Assembly: GCA_037917675.1 (NCBI GenBank) | Contig: JAVCBW010000013.1 | Span: 1 to 64,000, forward strand | From: Thermoproteota archaeon | Lineage (GTDB): Archaea; Korarchaeota; Korarchaeia; B14-G2 | Length of the DNA: 64,000 nt | Reading direction: 5' to 3' | Shown here: piece after piece, positions 46,753 through 55,721 of the stretch | Numbering within the stretch: the first letter of the stretch is position 1 | Layout: each line of letters begins with the position of its first letter | Program-made: the position numbers and the translations under genes | Notes under the pieces: model-generated | The model's database searches: none | Told to the model about the DNA's origin: nothing | Seen by the model: only the letters and a program-made list of their open reading frames with translations

Positions 46753-47399
46753 CTTACTCCTAAAAGGAGCATCAGAGCTGAAAGCAGCACACCTGCACCC
46801 CCCATTATTAGACCATACTTGACTTTGCTCCCTCTAGACACGTGTCCCAGTAGAATACCTAGCATGATAAGCTCCAATATAGCTGCAGGAATCGAAGCGA
46901 TGTAAGCTTTAGCTATACTGATTTCTCCATGTATCGACATGTAGAATGGGAGAATAGGAGGTATGGAGGCTATCATTGGTGCAGTGCCATCTATGATCGC
47001 TACGACTACAGAGGCATATGTCCCCACTTTATCTACTAGAGAGTTCGATAAGTTTACGCCACCCATAGCCCTCTCTAATGCTCTTACCCTCTGCTGCTGC
47101 TCTGCCTGCTCAGCTAAGAGGGCTCCAACGAATCCAGATAATCCCATTGCAACACATCCACCAAGCCCAGCGCTCACTATTATGCTAGGGTTCTTAACTG
47201 ATATCGCATATGAACCCAGTATGACTCCAAGTATGGTGAGCACTCCATCAAAGGCATTTATGACAAAATACCTCCTAGCTACCTCCTTTACCCCAGCTAT
47301 CTCCAAGCAGCTCTTTATGAAGCGTAAGTCTCTCAATGCCATGTAGCTTAGTACACCATGTACTCTGCTTCCAGCTCTCTTATTTGCTCGTCTACTCAT
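46749..47399 (-). CDS. VIT1/CCC1-like membrane protein
   Basis: RRYFVINAFDGVLTILG, AMGLSG....AEQAE; 5 TM. Confidence 0.8.
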   Translation of the reverse strand: MSRRANKRAGSRVHGVLSYMALRDLRFIKSCLEIAGVKEVARRYFVINAFDGVLTILGVILGSYAISVKNPSIIVSAGLGGCVAMGLSGFVGALLAEQAEQQQRVRALERAMGGVNLSNSLVDKVGTYASVVVAIIDGTAPMIASIPPILPFYMSIHGEISIAKAYIASIPAAILELIMLGILLGHVSRGSKVKYGLIMGGAGVLLSALMLLLGVS

Positions 47400-47542
47400 C
47401 TAATCTCATCTCCTACCTGGAGCTGCCTGTAGACTTCTGCTCTAAGCGATGTCGTTCCCAAGTGCTTCAATGATATAGAGTATGTTGCCTGCTCCACTAC
47501 TGCAGCCTGGTTAGCTTTTTTCTTGCTTTTCAAGGTCTCCAT
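47396..47542 (-). CDS. Putative 48-aa ORF between tRNA-Cys and the VIT1-like gene
   Basis: METLKSKKKAN...QVGDEIR; GGTGA/GAGG upstream; stop overlaps the next start (ATGA). Confidence 0.4.
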   Translation of the reverse strand: METLKSKKKANQAAVVEQATYSISLKHLGTTSLRAEVYRQLQVGDEIR

Positions 47543-47557
47543 TAGCCTCTTCACCAA

Positions 47558-47642
47558 AGCCCGGGGTGGGATTTGAACCCACAGTAAGCGGGTTTCAGCT
47601 CGAAGCTGCAGCCCGCCGCCTTTACCACTCGGCCACCCGGGC
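47558..47642 (-). tRNA. tRNA-Cys(GCA) with 12-nt intron at 37/38
   Basis: GCCCGGG/CCCGGGC acceptor stem, U discriminator, GCGGG-CTGCAG[CTTCGAGCTGAA]A-CCCGC, GGTTCAAATCC T arm; no encoded CCA. Confidence 0.93.
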
Positions 47643-47708
47643 TACTAGAACTTACATCTGGATCTTAAAATAAGTTTCGCTTAGAACCTCCTCTTATCCA
47701 ATATGTTC

Positions 47709-47943
47709 TCACAGATTTCTCTCAGCTATGGTATATAGCTTTACCCTCAGGTCACTCATCTTTCTGAATTCAACTATCATTCCAGCTTCAAGCAGCTTTT
47801 TCAGAGCATATCTAACTGTCCGAAGTGGAAGTCCTGTTTTCCTTGATAAGTCTCTCTGTGAAAGCAGGCTTCCTCCACTTAGAGTGCTTAAGACAGCTTG
47901 TGCTGAAGGTGGTATTTTAGGCCTAGCAAATACGCTTCCCCAT
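47709..47943 (-). pseudogene. Winged-HTH (MarR/TrmB-like) regulator with start codon out of frame by one base
   Basis: Frame reads KIPPSAQAVLSTL..LSQRDLSRKTGLPLRTVRYALKKLLEAGMI..DLRVKLY; the only RBS-preceded ATG (47943) is off by 1 nt. Confidence 0.75.
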
Positions 47944-47970
47944 GTAACCCTCCTTCCAGCTGACTAGGTC

Positions 47971-49224
47971 CTATTTAAGCCAGTACCTTCCAGCTGAAAG
48001 TAGTACATCTATCTCCTCTCCTCTAGCTGCTATCACTTTTTTCCCGCTGGCCACTGCTATAGTTTCCATCTCCATCAACTGCGATAGCCTTGCTGTCCTC
48101 ATTCTGAGCGGCTGGGCGGCAAGTCTCTCGCCTGCCATAAGTTTTACTGGTATGAAGTTCACTCTCCCGAGCGCTAGGCTGGCATCTTCTGAGAGGAAAG
48201 CTTTAGCCACCTTGCGATCAGCTATCTCGCCTTCCATCATGCTTAGCACAGGTATAACAAGCATGTAGAATGTGATTATACAGGATACAGGATATCCTGG
48301 AAGTCCCAGTACTATGGTTTCTCCCATCTTGCCTACAACTGTTGGCTTGCCAGGCTTTGTCCTGATTCCATGAGCTAGGACTTTACCTCCTATGTTCTCG
48401 ATAGCTCCAGGCACAAGATCATGCATTCCCTTCGAGCTTCCCCCGGTTACTAAGACCAGGTTGTTTTCTGTAGTAGCTTTAGCTAACGCCTTGCTGATCT
48501 CATCTTGGCAGTCTCCTATAATCCCATACCACTTGACTTTGTACCCTCTAGATCTGAGTTCAGCTATCAGAAAGGGGGAATTGACATCATACATCTCTGC
48601 TCTATCGAGAGGTGTTCCAGCAGGCTTAAGCTCACTTCCACTAGCAATGACGCCTATAGATGGCCTCTTATATACTGAAACCTTCTCATAGCCTACTGCA
48701 GCAAGTAAAGCTATATCCCAAGGCCTGATCCTGGCTCCCCTCCTGACTATGACCTCCCCCTTCTGGATGTCTCCTCCAAGCTGTGCTATGTTTTCTCCTG
48801 GAGCAACACTCTTGTACACAAGTACATTCTTTCCCTCAGTTTCAGTGTGCTCAAGCGGGACTACAGCTGAACAGCCTTCTGGTATCATAGCTCCTGTCGC
48901 GATCTTTATACATCCTCCTGGCTTCACTTTACATACATCTCTGCCTCCAGCAAGAGCCTCTCCTATTAGCTCAAGTGCTATGGGTTTGTCTTCTCTGGCT
49001 CCATAGGTGTCCTCAGCTCTCACAGCATAGCCATCCATCTCTGAGAAGTTGAATGGCGGATATGGGTATTTAGCAGCTAGATCTTCTGATGCAACTCTTC
49101 CAAGCGCCTCTTCCAGGTGAACTTCCTCTGTACCACAGGGTTTGATGTTCATCTTGAGCATATTAAGCACTTTAGTGAGTGGAGTTAGCTTGAGAAAGAG
49201 CCCCCTTCCCATTGCTATCCCCAT
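47971..49224 (-). CDS. moeA: Molybdopterin molybdotransferase, paralogue 2
   Basis: PPFNFSEMDGYAV, IATGA, SGSEL, TGGSSKG, KPGKP, LPGYPVS. Confidence 0.92.
   Translation of the reverse strand: MGIAMGRGLFLKLTPLTKVLNMLKMNIKPCGTEEVHLEEALGRVASEDLAAKYPYPPFNFSEMDGYAVRAEDTYGAREDKPIALELIGEALAGGRDVCKVKPGGCIKIATGAMIPEGCSAVVPLEHTETEGKNVLVYKSVAPGENIAQLGGDIQKGEVIVRRGARIRPWDIALLAAVGYEKVSVYKRPSIGVIASGSELKPAGTPLDRAEMYDVNSPFLIAELRSRGYKVKWYGIIGDCQDEISKALAKATTENNLVLVTGGSSKGMHDLVPGAIENIGGKVLAHGIRTKPGKPTVVGKMGETIVLGLPGYPVSCIITFYMLVIPVLSMMEGEIADRKVAKAFLSEDASLALGRVNFIPVKLMAGERLAAQPLRMRTARLSQLMEMETIAVASGKKVIAARGEEIDVLLSAGRYWLK
48986..49038 (-). repeat. 53-bp direct repeat shared by both moeA genes (partner 50230..50282)
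   Basis: ttgtcttctctggctccataggtgtcctcagctctcacagcatagccatccat occurs at both sites. Confidence 0.92.
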
Positions 49225-50468
49225 ACCGTAGATAGTAGCTTAACTTTAACAATCTCTCCTTCTGAGAAGCCCTCAACATGCTCCTCTATGATGACATATC
49301 CATCTGCCCTAAGGAGGGTAGATGTCAGCCCACTCCCTCCTGCCATCACAGGTTCAGCTACGAGCTCACTGTCTTCCTCCATAACTTTCACTCTGACATA
49401 GGTTCTCCTTCCTTCACGTCCTCTTATCCTCCTCTTCAGCCTGCAGTAGACTACTGGCCTGAACTCACCGCCATATCCAACCATCTTGAGTATAGCTGGC
49501 GCTACTAGGGCCTCAAACGCCGTGAACGCTCCAACCGGAAACCCTGGAAGAGAGAAAACAGGTCTGCCATGAGCTAGCCCAAAGGATATGGGTCCACCTG
49601 GAGAGACTGCTACACCACTAAAGAGAAGCTCCCCTATGGAGGAGATAGCCTCTGGAACAAGGTCTCTCTTCCCAACAGAGCTTCCACCAATGAGGACTAT
49701 CAGATCACTTAAACCAGATCCTCTAGCTATCGCTTCCTTTATCTCCTCTAAGCTGTCTTTGACACGAGCTACCAGCTTGCTATCACATCCTAGCTGAGCG
49801 CACATCCACCTTATCATAGGGCTATTCGAATCCCATATCTCTCCTAGCTTCAGCTTCTTTCCAGCTGGAACAACCTCATCTCCAACAACTATAACTCCTA
49901 CTCTAGGCTTCCTATATACTAAGACCCTAGAGACTCCTGAGGATATCATTGCAGCCAAATCTACACTCCTGACTCTACTGCCCTTCCTAAGCAGGACCTC
50001 CTTTGACTTGATGTCCTCCCCCCTCTTAGAGACGTGCTCTCCAACATAAACTGGCTTAAAGATTTCAACAACCCCATTAACTTCCCTTGTGTCCTCACAC
50101 TTGACAACTGCTGTAGCCCCCTCTGGGAGTACTGCTCCAGTCGCAATGGCTACTGCCTGCCCTCTCTCAACTTTAAGCCTGCTAGCTGACCCAGCATAGG
50201 CTTCTCCTACCACTCTAAGCCTCACAGGCTTGTCTTCTCTGGCTCCATAGGTGTCCTCAGCTCTCACAGCATAGCCATCCATTGCAGCTCTGTCGAATGG
50301 TGGAGAATCCACGACGCTAGCTACGTCTCTGCACAGAAACCTCCCGACACATCTTAATACATCAACTTCTTCACAATCAACTTCCCTTATCTTCTCGAGG
50401 ACTATGGAAAGAGCCTCATGATATGGGATCCACTCTCTACTCGTCTTCCACATGCTTTTCCCTTGCAT
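49215..50468 (-). CDS. moeA: Molybdopterin molybdotransferase, paralogue 1
   Basis: PPFDRAAMDGYAV, IATGA, GGSSVG, LPGFP, RADGY; true start may be a few codons downstream. Confidence 0.93.
   Translation of the reverse strand: MQGKSMWKTSREWIPYHEALSIVLEKIREVDCEEVDVLRCVGRFLCRDVASVVDSPPFDRAAMDGYAVRAEDTYGAREDKPVRLRVVGEAYAGSASRLKVERGQAVAIATGAVLPEGATAVVKCEDTREVNGVVEIFKPVYVGEHVSKRGEDIKSKEVLLRKGSRVRSVDLAAMISSGVSRVLVYRKPRVGVIVVGDEVVPAGKKLKLGEIWDSNSPMIRWMCAQLGCDSKLVARVKDSLEEIKEAIARGSGLSDLIVLIGGSSVGKRDLVPEAISSIGELLFSGVAVSPGGPISFGLAHGRPVFSLPGFPVGAFTAFEALVAPAILKMVGYGGEFRPVVYCRLKRRIRGREGRRTYVRVKVMEEDSELVAEPVMAGGSGLTSTLLRADGYVIIEEHVEGFSEGEIVKVKLLSTVWG
50230..50282 (-). repeat. 53-bp direct repeat, partner of 48986..49038
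   Basis: Direct sequence comparison. Confidence 0.92.
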
Positions 50469-50988
50469 GATGCAGTATATGTGGTAGCTCGCTTAAGATG
50501 AGCTTACTCAGGGCAAGCTTGACTGCATGAGGAGACCCAGGCAAGCAGAAAACAGCTGTTCCATGCAATAGTCCAGCTCTAGCTCTACTCAAGATAGAAG
50601 CTGATCCCACAGTCTGATAGCTCAGCATGTGGAACGCTACTGTGAATCCAGTGAGCTCTTTCTCGAGGAGAGGCTCTATAGCTTCAATTGTCACATCAGA
50701 AGCTGAAATCCCAGTTCCGCCCGAGAAGACTATGCAGTCTACTCCTCCAGCTAGGCTAAGAAGCATACTACGTATCTCATGGGTATCATCTGGAACATAG
50801 TATATATCTCTCAGCTTAACTCCATGTTCAGAGGTGAGCTTCTTAACAATCTCAGCAGTCTCATCCCTGAACTCAACTCCTTCTCTAAATAGCTTAGCCC
50901 TGCTAGTACTGACTATAACCAACACCATGCTCATGCTTCTGACGCCAGAAGCAGCTTTTCTCTTGTGCTCCAATGTGACTGTGCTCAA
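50437..50988 (-). CDS. moaB: Molybdopterin adenylyltransferase (MoaB/MogA family)
   Basis: VSTSR, VPDD, SGGTGISASDVTIEA, LSRARAG, LPGSP; TTG 50988 preferred. Confidence 0.9.
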   Translation of the reverse strand: MSTVTLEHKRKAASGVRSMSMVLVIVSTSRAKLFREGVEFRDETAEIVKKLTSEHGVKLRDIYYVPDDTHEIRSMLLSLAGGVDCIVFSGGTGISASDVTIEAIEPLLEKELTGFTVAFHMLSYQTVGSASILSRARAGLLHGTAVFCLPGSPHAVKLALSKLILSELPHILHHAREKHVEDE

Positions 50989-51068
50989 ACAACCCCCACC
51001 AAGCTGCTCCCATGACTTTATTAGCTTACACCTTCCTAGAGTAGGCTCTGGATAGCGGGGCATGCTCC

Positions 51069-52448
51069 ATGTGGAGCATATTAGATTTGCTCAGAAATAA
51101 CACTGAGAAGCTCAGGGAGTCTCAGAGGAGAAGAGGCCTATCTTCAGCTATAGTAGACGAGGCTTTGAAGTATGATCTGGCCTGGAGAAGGGCGGTCACA
51201 GAGCTAAACAACCTGAGAAAGCTGAGGAATGAAGTTACAAGAGAGATAGCTAGAGCTCCTCCAGCCAAGAGGGGAGAGCTCATCAAGAAGGCTAGAGAAA
51301 TCTCAGAGAAGGTGAAAAGGAAGGAAAAAGAGGTTGAATCGCTTGAAGAGAAGAGGATGAAGCTCCTACTAGACATACCGAACGTCGTCCATGAAGATGT
51401 CCCTATCGGAGAAGGAGAGGAAGACAACAAGCCTATAAGATACTGGGGGATACCTAAGGTATGGGAAGGGCACCTAGATCAGTTTCTAGCGCAGACAGAA
51501 GGGTTCAAGGTAGATTATGAGGTTATAGGGTGGCTTCCAAGACCACATGCTGACCAGCTCAAGTTCCTAGGTGCCGGAGACACGGAAAGGGCTGCTAAGG
51601 TAGCTGGGTCAAGGTTCTTCTATCTATTCCAGGATCTAGTATGGCTTGAGTATGCTCTGGTGCTCTATGCACTAGACTATCTCAGCAGAAAGGGGTTCAT
51701 TCTGGTTGAGCCTCCATTTATGATGCGTCGAAAAATGTATGAGGGTGTAACTGCAATCCAAGACTTTACTGATGCCATATACAAGGTTGAGGGAGAAGAC
51801 CTCTACCTCATTGCCACATCAGAGCATCCTATTGCAGCGATGCACGCCAACGAGGTTCTCCTGGAAAGCGATCTACCGGTTCTCTACACTGGCATAAGCC
51901 CCTGCTTCAGAAAAGAGGCTGGTGCCCATGGAAAGGACACGAAAGGCATATTCAGGGTCCATCAGTTCCTGAAGGTAGAGCAATTCGTCTTCTCTCTGCC
52001 AGAGGAGTCATGGAGGTGGCATGAAGAGCTCATAAGGAATGCTGAAGACCTGTGGAGGGGGCTTGAGATCCCATATAGGATAGTAGATGTCTGTACAGGA
52101 GACTTAGGTGTTGTTGCAGCCAGGAGGTACGATCTGGAGGCGTGGATGCCTGCTCAGGGGAGATACAGAGAGATGGTGAGCTGCTCAAACTGCACAGACT
52201 GGCAGTCATATAGGCTTAACATAAGATACAGGGAGAAGACAGGTGCTCCAGTAAAAGGCCTCGTACATACCCTGAACTCCACAGCAATAGCATGTCATAG
52301 AGCGATCACAGCGATACTAGAAAACCACCAGGAGGAGGATGGAACTGTAGTTATACCGAAAGCGCTCAGGAAATACCTTAAAATTTTTCCTAAAGCTCCT
52401 GTGGACTACATAGAGCCAACTAAGGTTGTCCCTGACCCCTCAAGGTGA
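51069..52448 (+). CDS. serS: Seryl-tRNA synthetase
   Basis: LIATSEHP, CFRKEAG, FRVHQF, EMVSCSNCTDWQ, HTLNST. Confidence 0.96.
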   Translation: MWSILDLLRNNTEKLRESQRRRGLSSAIVDEALKYDLAWRRAVTELNNLRKLRNEVTREIARAPPAKRGELIKKAREISEKVKRKEKEVESLEEKRMKLLLDIPNVVHEDVPIGEGEEDNKPIRYWGIPKVWEGHLDQFLAQTEGFKVDYEVIGWLPRPHADQLKFLGAGDTERAAKVAGSRFFYLFQDLVWLEYALVLYALDYLSRKGFILVEPPFMMRRKMYEGVTAIQDFTDAIYKVEGEDLYLIATSEHPIAAMHANEVLLESDLPVLYTGISPCFRKEAGAHGKDTKGIFRVHQFLKVEQFVFSLPEESWRWHEELIRNAEDLWRGLEIPYRIVDVCTGDLGVVAARRYDLEAWMPAQGRYREMVSCSNCTDWQSYRLNIRYREKTGAPVKGLVHTLNSTAIACHRAITAILENHQEEDGTVVIPKALRKYLKIFPKAPVDYIEPTKVVPDPSR

Positions 52449-53791
52449 TCTCGTTGTATTCACCTGAAGTCGAGAAGGCTCTAGAGGCAGCTGGAGCCAA
52501 GATTGGAGATGTAATCAGGATCCAAAGGGGAAGCGAGACATATGAGGGAATACTCTTACCGAGAAGCGAGTATGGTGATCCAACATGCATAGTCATCAAG
52601 TTACCAAACGGCTACAACATAGGAGTAAGATATACCCCTAGCACGGTGATCCAGAGATTGAGGAAGGCAGCTGAAGTAGGGAAGTTTCCAGCTAGGAAGG
52701 CTGTGAAAAAGCCTGGTCTCCCATCAATCTCTATGATTGCTACTGGTGGCACAATAGGGTCGAGAGTAGACTATGTTACTGGAGGAGTATATATGTGTGT
52801 CAAGCCAGAGGAGCTGCTTTACCTCACTCCTGAGCTGGAGGCTGCTGTATACATAGAGAGGATGAGGTCTCCATTTCTTGTTGCAAGCGAAGATCTCACA
52901 CCAGCTGACTGGAAGAAGTTAGCTGAGATGACAGCTGAAGAGCTCAACTCAGACATAAGAGGAGTCGTAATAACACATGGAACAGATACCATGCACTACA
53001 CCTCTGCAGCTCTCTCGTTCATGCTGAGAAACCTCAGCAAGCCAGTCGCCATCGTAGGCGCACAGCGGTCACCGGACAGAGGCAGTTTCGATGGTGCAAT
53101 GAACCTCCTTTGTGCAGCGTACTATGCAGCGAGATCAGATATAGCTGAAGTAGCCATAGTAATGCACGCTGAGAGCAGCGACACATACTGCCATGCCATA
53201 AGAGGGACTAAAGCTAGGAAAATGCATACATCGAGGAGAGATACTTTCAGGCCGATAAACGACCTTCCTCTCGCCAGGATATGGCCTAGCGGGAAGATAG
53301 ATGTTATAAACACCCGATATAAGAAGAGGTGCAAAGCTGAGGTCTATGCGGATACAGCCTTCGAGAGGCGTGTGGCTATAGTGAAAGCCTACCCTGGATC
53401 AGACCCTGAGATAATAGACTACTACACTGATAAGGGGTACCTAGGGGTTGTTATAGAGGGCACAGGCTTTGGCCACGCACCCATATACCCTAGAGAAAAG
53501 AGGCTATCTTGGCTTCCAAGTATAAGGAGAGCTATAGAAGAGGGCCTAATCATAGTCATGACCTCTCAAGCCTTATATGGAAGGACAAACCCATACGTGT
53601 ACCGCAATGCCCGTGTGCTTAAGCAGGCTGGAGTCATATATGCTGAAGACATGCTGACAGAGGTAGCCTACATAAAGCTAGGCTGGATACTTGGGCATAC
53701 ACAAGACCGCAGTGAGGTAGAGGCTCTCATGCTAACAGATATAGCAGGTGAAATCTCCAGCAGAACATTATTTGACACCTACCTGATATAG
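52445..53791 (+). CDS. gatD: Glutamyl-tRNA(Gln) amidotransferase subunit D
   Basis: KLPNGYNIG, TGGTIGSRVDY, HGTDT, GAQRSPDR, RKMHTSRRD. Confidence 0.96.
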   Translation: MISLYSPEVEKALEAAGAKIGDVIRIQRGSETYEGILLPRSEYGDPTCIVIKLPNGYNIGVRYTPSTVIQRLRKAAEVGKFPARKAVKKPGLPSISMIATGGTIGSRVDYVTGGVYMCVKPEELLYLTPELEAAVYIERMRSPFLVASEDLTPADWKKLAEMTAEELNSDIRGVVITHGTDTMHYTSAALSFMLRNLSKPVAIVGAQRSPDRGSFDGAMNLLCAAYYAARSDIAEVAIVMHAESSDTYCHAIRGTKARKMHTSRRDTFRPINDLPLARIWPSGKIDVINTRYKKRCKAEVYADTAFERRVAIVKAYPGSDPEIIDYYTDKGYLGVVIEGTGFGHAPIYPREKRLSWLPSIRRAIEEGLIIVMTSQALYGRTNPYVYRNARVLKQAGVIYAEDMLTEVAYIKLGWILGHTQDRSEVEALMLTDIAGEISSRTLFDTYLI

Positions 53792-53801
53792 GTGGCACAC
53801 C

Positions 53802-55721
53802 TTGGAGGCCAAGTGCTTCTACAGCAGCATAGGGTTGAAATGTGGGCTAGAAATACACCAGAGGCTCAAGGGAGGTAAGCTCTTCTGTGATTGCAGCTCT
53901 ACGTTATCAGAGCAGCCCTCCCTAGAGATAGTGAGGAGGCTGAGAGCAGTATACGGTGAGCTTGGAGCTGTAGACCGAGCTGCTGTATTTGAGCACATGA
54001 GAGGCCGCAGGTTCATATACAAATACTATCCAAATGACTCCTGCCTAGTAGAGTGTGATGAAGAACCTCCACATCAAGTTAACAGAGATGCTCTAGAGGC
54101 AGCTATAATCGCATCGCTGATGCTGAATGCTCAGATTGTTGATGAAGTTCATGTGATGAGAAAAACCGTGATAGATGGAAGTAACACCTCAGGCTTCCAG
54201 AGGACGATGATAATCGCTCTCAATGGCTACCTAGAGTACAGAGGTGAGAAGATACCCATAGCTCAAGTATGTCTCGAGGAGGAAGCCTGTGGTATAGTAG
54301 AGGATCAAGGAGACACTGTGGTATATAGGCTAGATCGGCTTGGAATACCTCTCATAGAGGTCTCAACAGGGCTGCTGGAAGGCTACTCACCTGAAGAGAT
54401 TCAGGAGATAGCTCTGCTGATAGGTGTGACACTTAGGTCAACTGGGAGAGTTAGGAGAGGCCTAGGATCCACGAGGCAGGATCTCAATGTGTCGATAGAT
54501 GGTGGAAGCAGGGTTGAGATTAAAGGTGTACAAGAGCTGGAGCTGATCTCTAAGGTCATTAAAAACGAGGTGAAGCGCCAGCTTTCCCTGATAGCGATAG
54601 CAAAGGAGCTTAAAGAGGCCGGTGTTAGAAAGGAGGACTTCAAGCAGCCTATAGAGGCTACCAAGCTGTTTTTAGAGACCCAGAATAGAGTCATCAGGAA
54701 GGCCATAAAGTCGGGTGGAGCTGTGTTTGCTGCTGTCCTACCAAGACTCTCAGGTTTAGCATCGAGAGAGCTATGTCCTGGACTAACCCTAGGAAGAGAG
54801 CTGGCCTACCATGCTCAAGCATATGGTGTAGGAGGTATAATACACTCAGATGAAGACTTAGCTAAGCTTAGACTAGAGGAGGAGTTTAGAAGTCTGAGAG
54901 AGCTCCTTAAGGCAGACAGCAGAGACCTAGTGTTTGTGGTAGCTGGCCCACCAAAGAGAGCTTACGAAGCAGGGATGGCTGTAGTGGAGAGAGCAAGGCA
55001 GCTACTAGATGGCCCACCAGAAGAGACTAGGGCAGCAAACCCTGATGGCACCACAAGGTTCACAAGACCTCTGCCAGGAGCAGCCAGGATGTACCCTGAA
55101 ACAGACATACCTCCAATCCCTATCCCCCAAAGTTATGTAGAGTCTCTTAAGGCAAAGCTCCCAGAGCATTGGCAGCAAAAAGTTAAGAGGTTCAGAGAGC
55201 AGCTAGGGCTCTCAGAGGATTTAGCTAAGCAAGTGGTCTGGTCAGAGTATCTTACCCTATTCGAAGAGGCAGCTAAGAAGACAAGGCTCCCTCCGACACT
55301 AATAGCCTCAACACTCCTCTCAACACTCAAAGACATTAAGAGGAGGGATAAGCTTCCAGTAGATCAGCTGCCAGATGAGAAGATAATGGAGGCATTAATT
55401 GCAGTAGACAGAGGAGAGCTATCAAAGGAGGCTCTACCAGATGTTCTAAGGGAGCTTGCCAAAAACCCTGGGAAAACCGTGCAAGAAATAGCTGATAGGC
55501 TTGGGATAAAGCCTATAACCAGAGAGGAGCTGAGGGAGATAGTAGCCTCCATAATACAGGACAACATGGAGGCTGTTCTAAAGAGGAGAGAGCGGGCGCT
55601 AGGCCTAATTATGGGCCGAGTAATGGCTAAGGTCAGGGGGAGAGTTGATGGGAAGCTGGTCTCAGAGGAAGTCAGAAGGAAGCTCAGAGAGGTCCTGTCA
55701 TCTACTGAGGTGAAAACTTGA
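53802..55721 (+). CDS. gatE: Glutamyl-tRNA(Gln) amidotransferase subunit E
   Basis: GLEIHQ, DEEPPH, IDGSNTSGFQRT, RVEIKGVQ, RPLPGAARMYPETD. Confidence 0.96.
   Translation: MEAKCFYSSIGLKCGLEIHQRLKGGKLFCDCSSTLSEQPSLEIVRRLRAVYGELGAVDRAAVFEHMRGRRFIYKYYPNDSCLVECDEEPPHQVNRDALEAAIIASLMLNAQIVDEVHVMRKTVIDGSNTSGFQRTMIIALNGYLEYRGEKIPIAQVCLEEEACGIVEDQGDTVVYRLDRLGIPLIEVSTGLLEGYSPEEIQEIALLIGVTLRSTGRVRRGLGSTRQDLNVSIDGGSRVEIKGVQELELISKVIKNEVKRQLSLIAIAKELKEAGVRKEDFKQPIEATKLFLETQNRVIRKAIKSGGAVFAAVLPRLSGLASRELCPGLTLGRELAYHAQAYGVGGIIHSDEDLAKLRLEEEFRSLRELLKADSRDLVFVVAGPPKRAYEAGMAVVERARQLLDGPPEETRAANPDGTTRFTRPLPGAARMYPETDIPPIPIPQSYVESLKAKLPEHWQQKVKRFREQLGLSEDLAKQVVWSEYLTLFEEAAKKTRLPPTLIASTLLSTLKDIKRRDKLPVDQLPDEKIMEALIAVDRGELSKEALPDVLRELAKNPGKTVQEIADRLGIKPITREELREIVASIIQDNMEAVLKRRERALGLIMGRVMAKVRGRVDGKLVSEEVRRKLREVLSSTEVKT

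Noticed and set aside
47558-47642. Alternative reading as tRNA-Phe(GAA), or as an integration site
   Set aside because: GAA would leave a 6-nt loop, and the U discriminator fits Cys; no duplicated tRNA end or integrase in the window.
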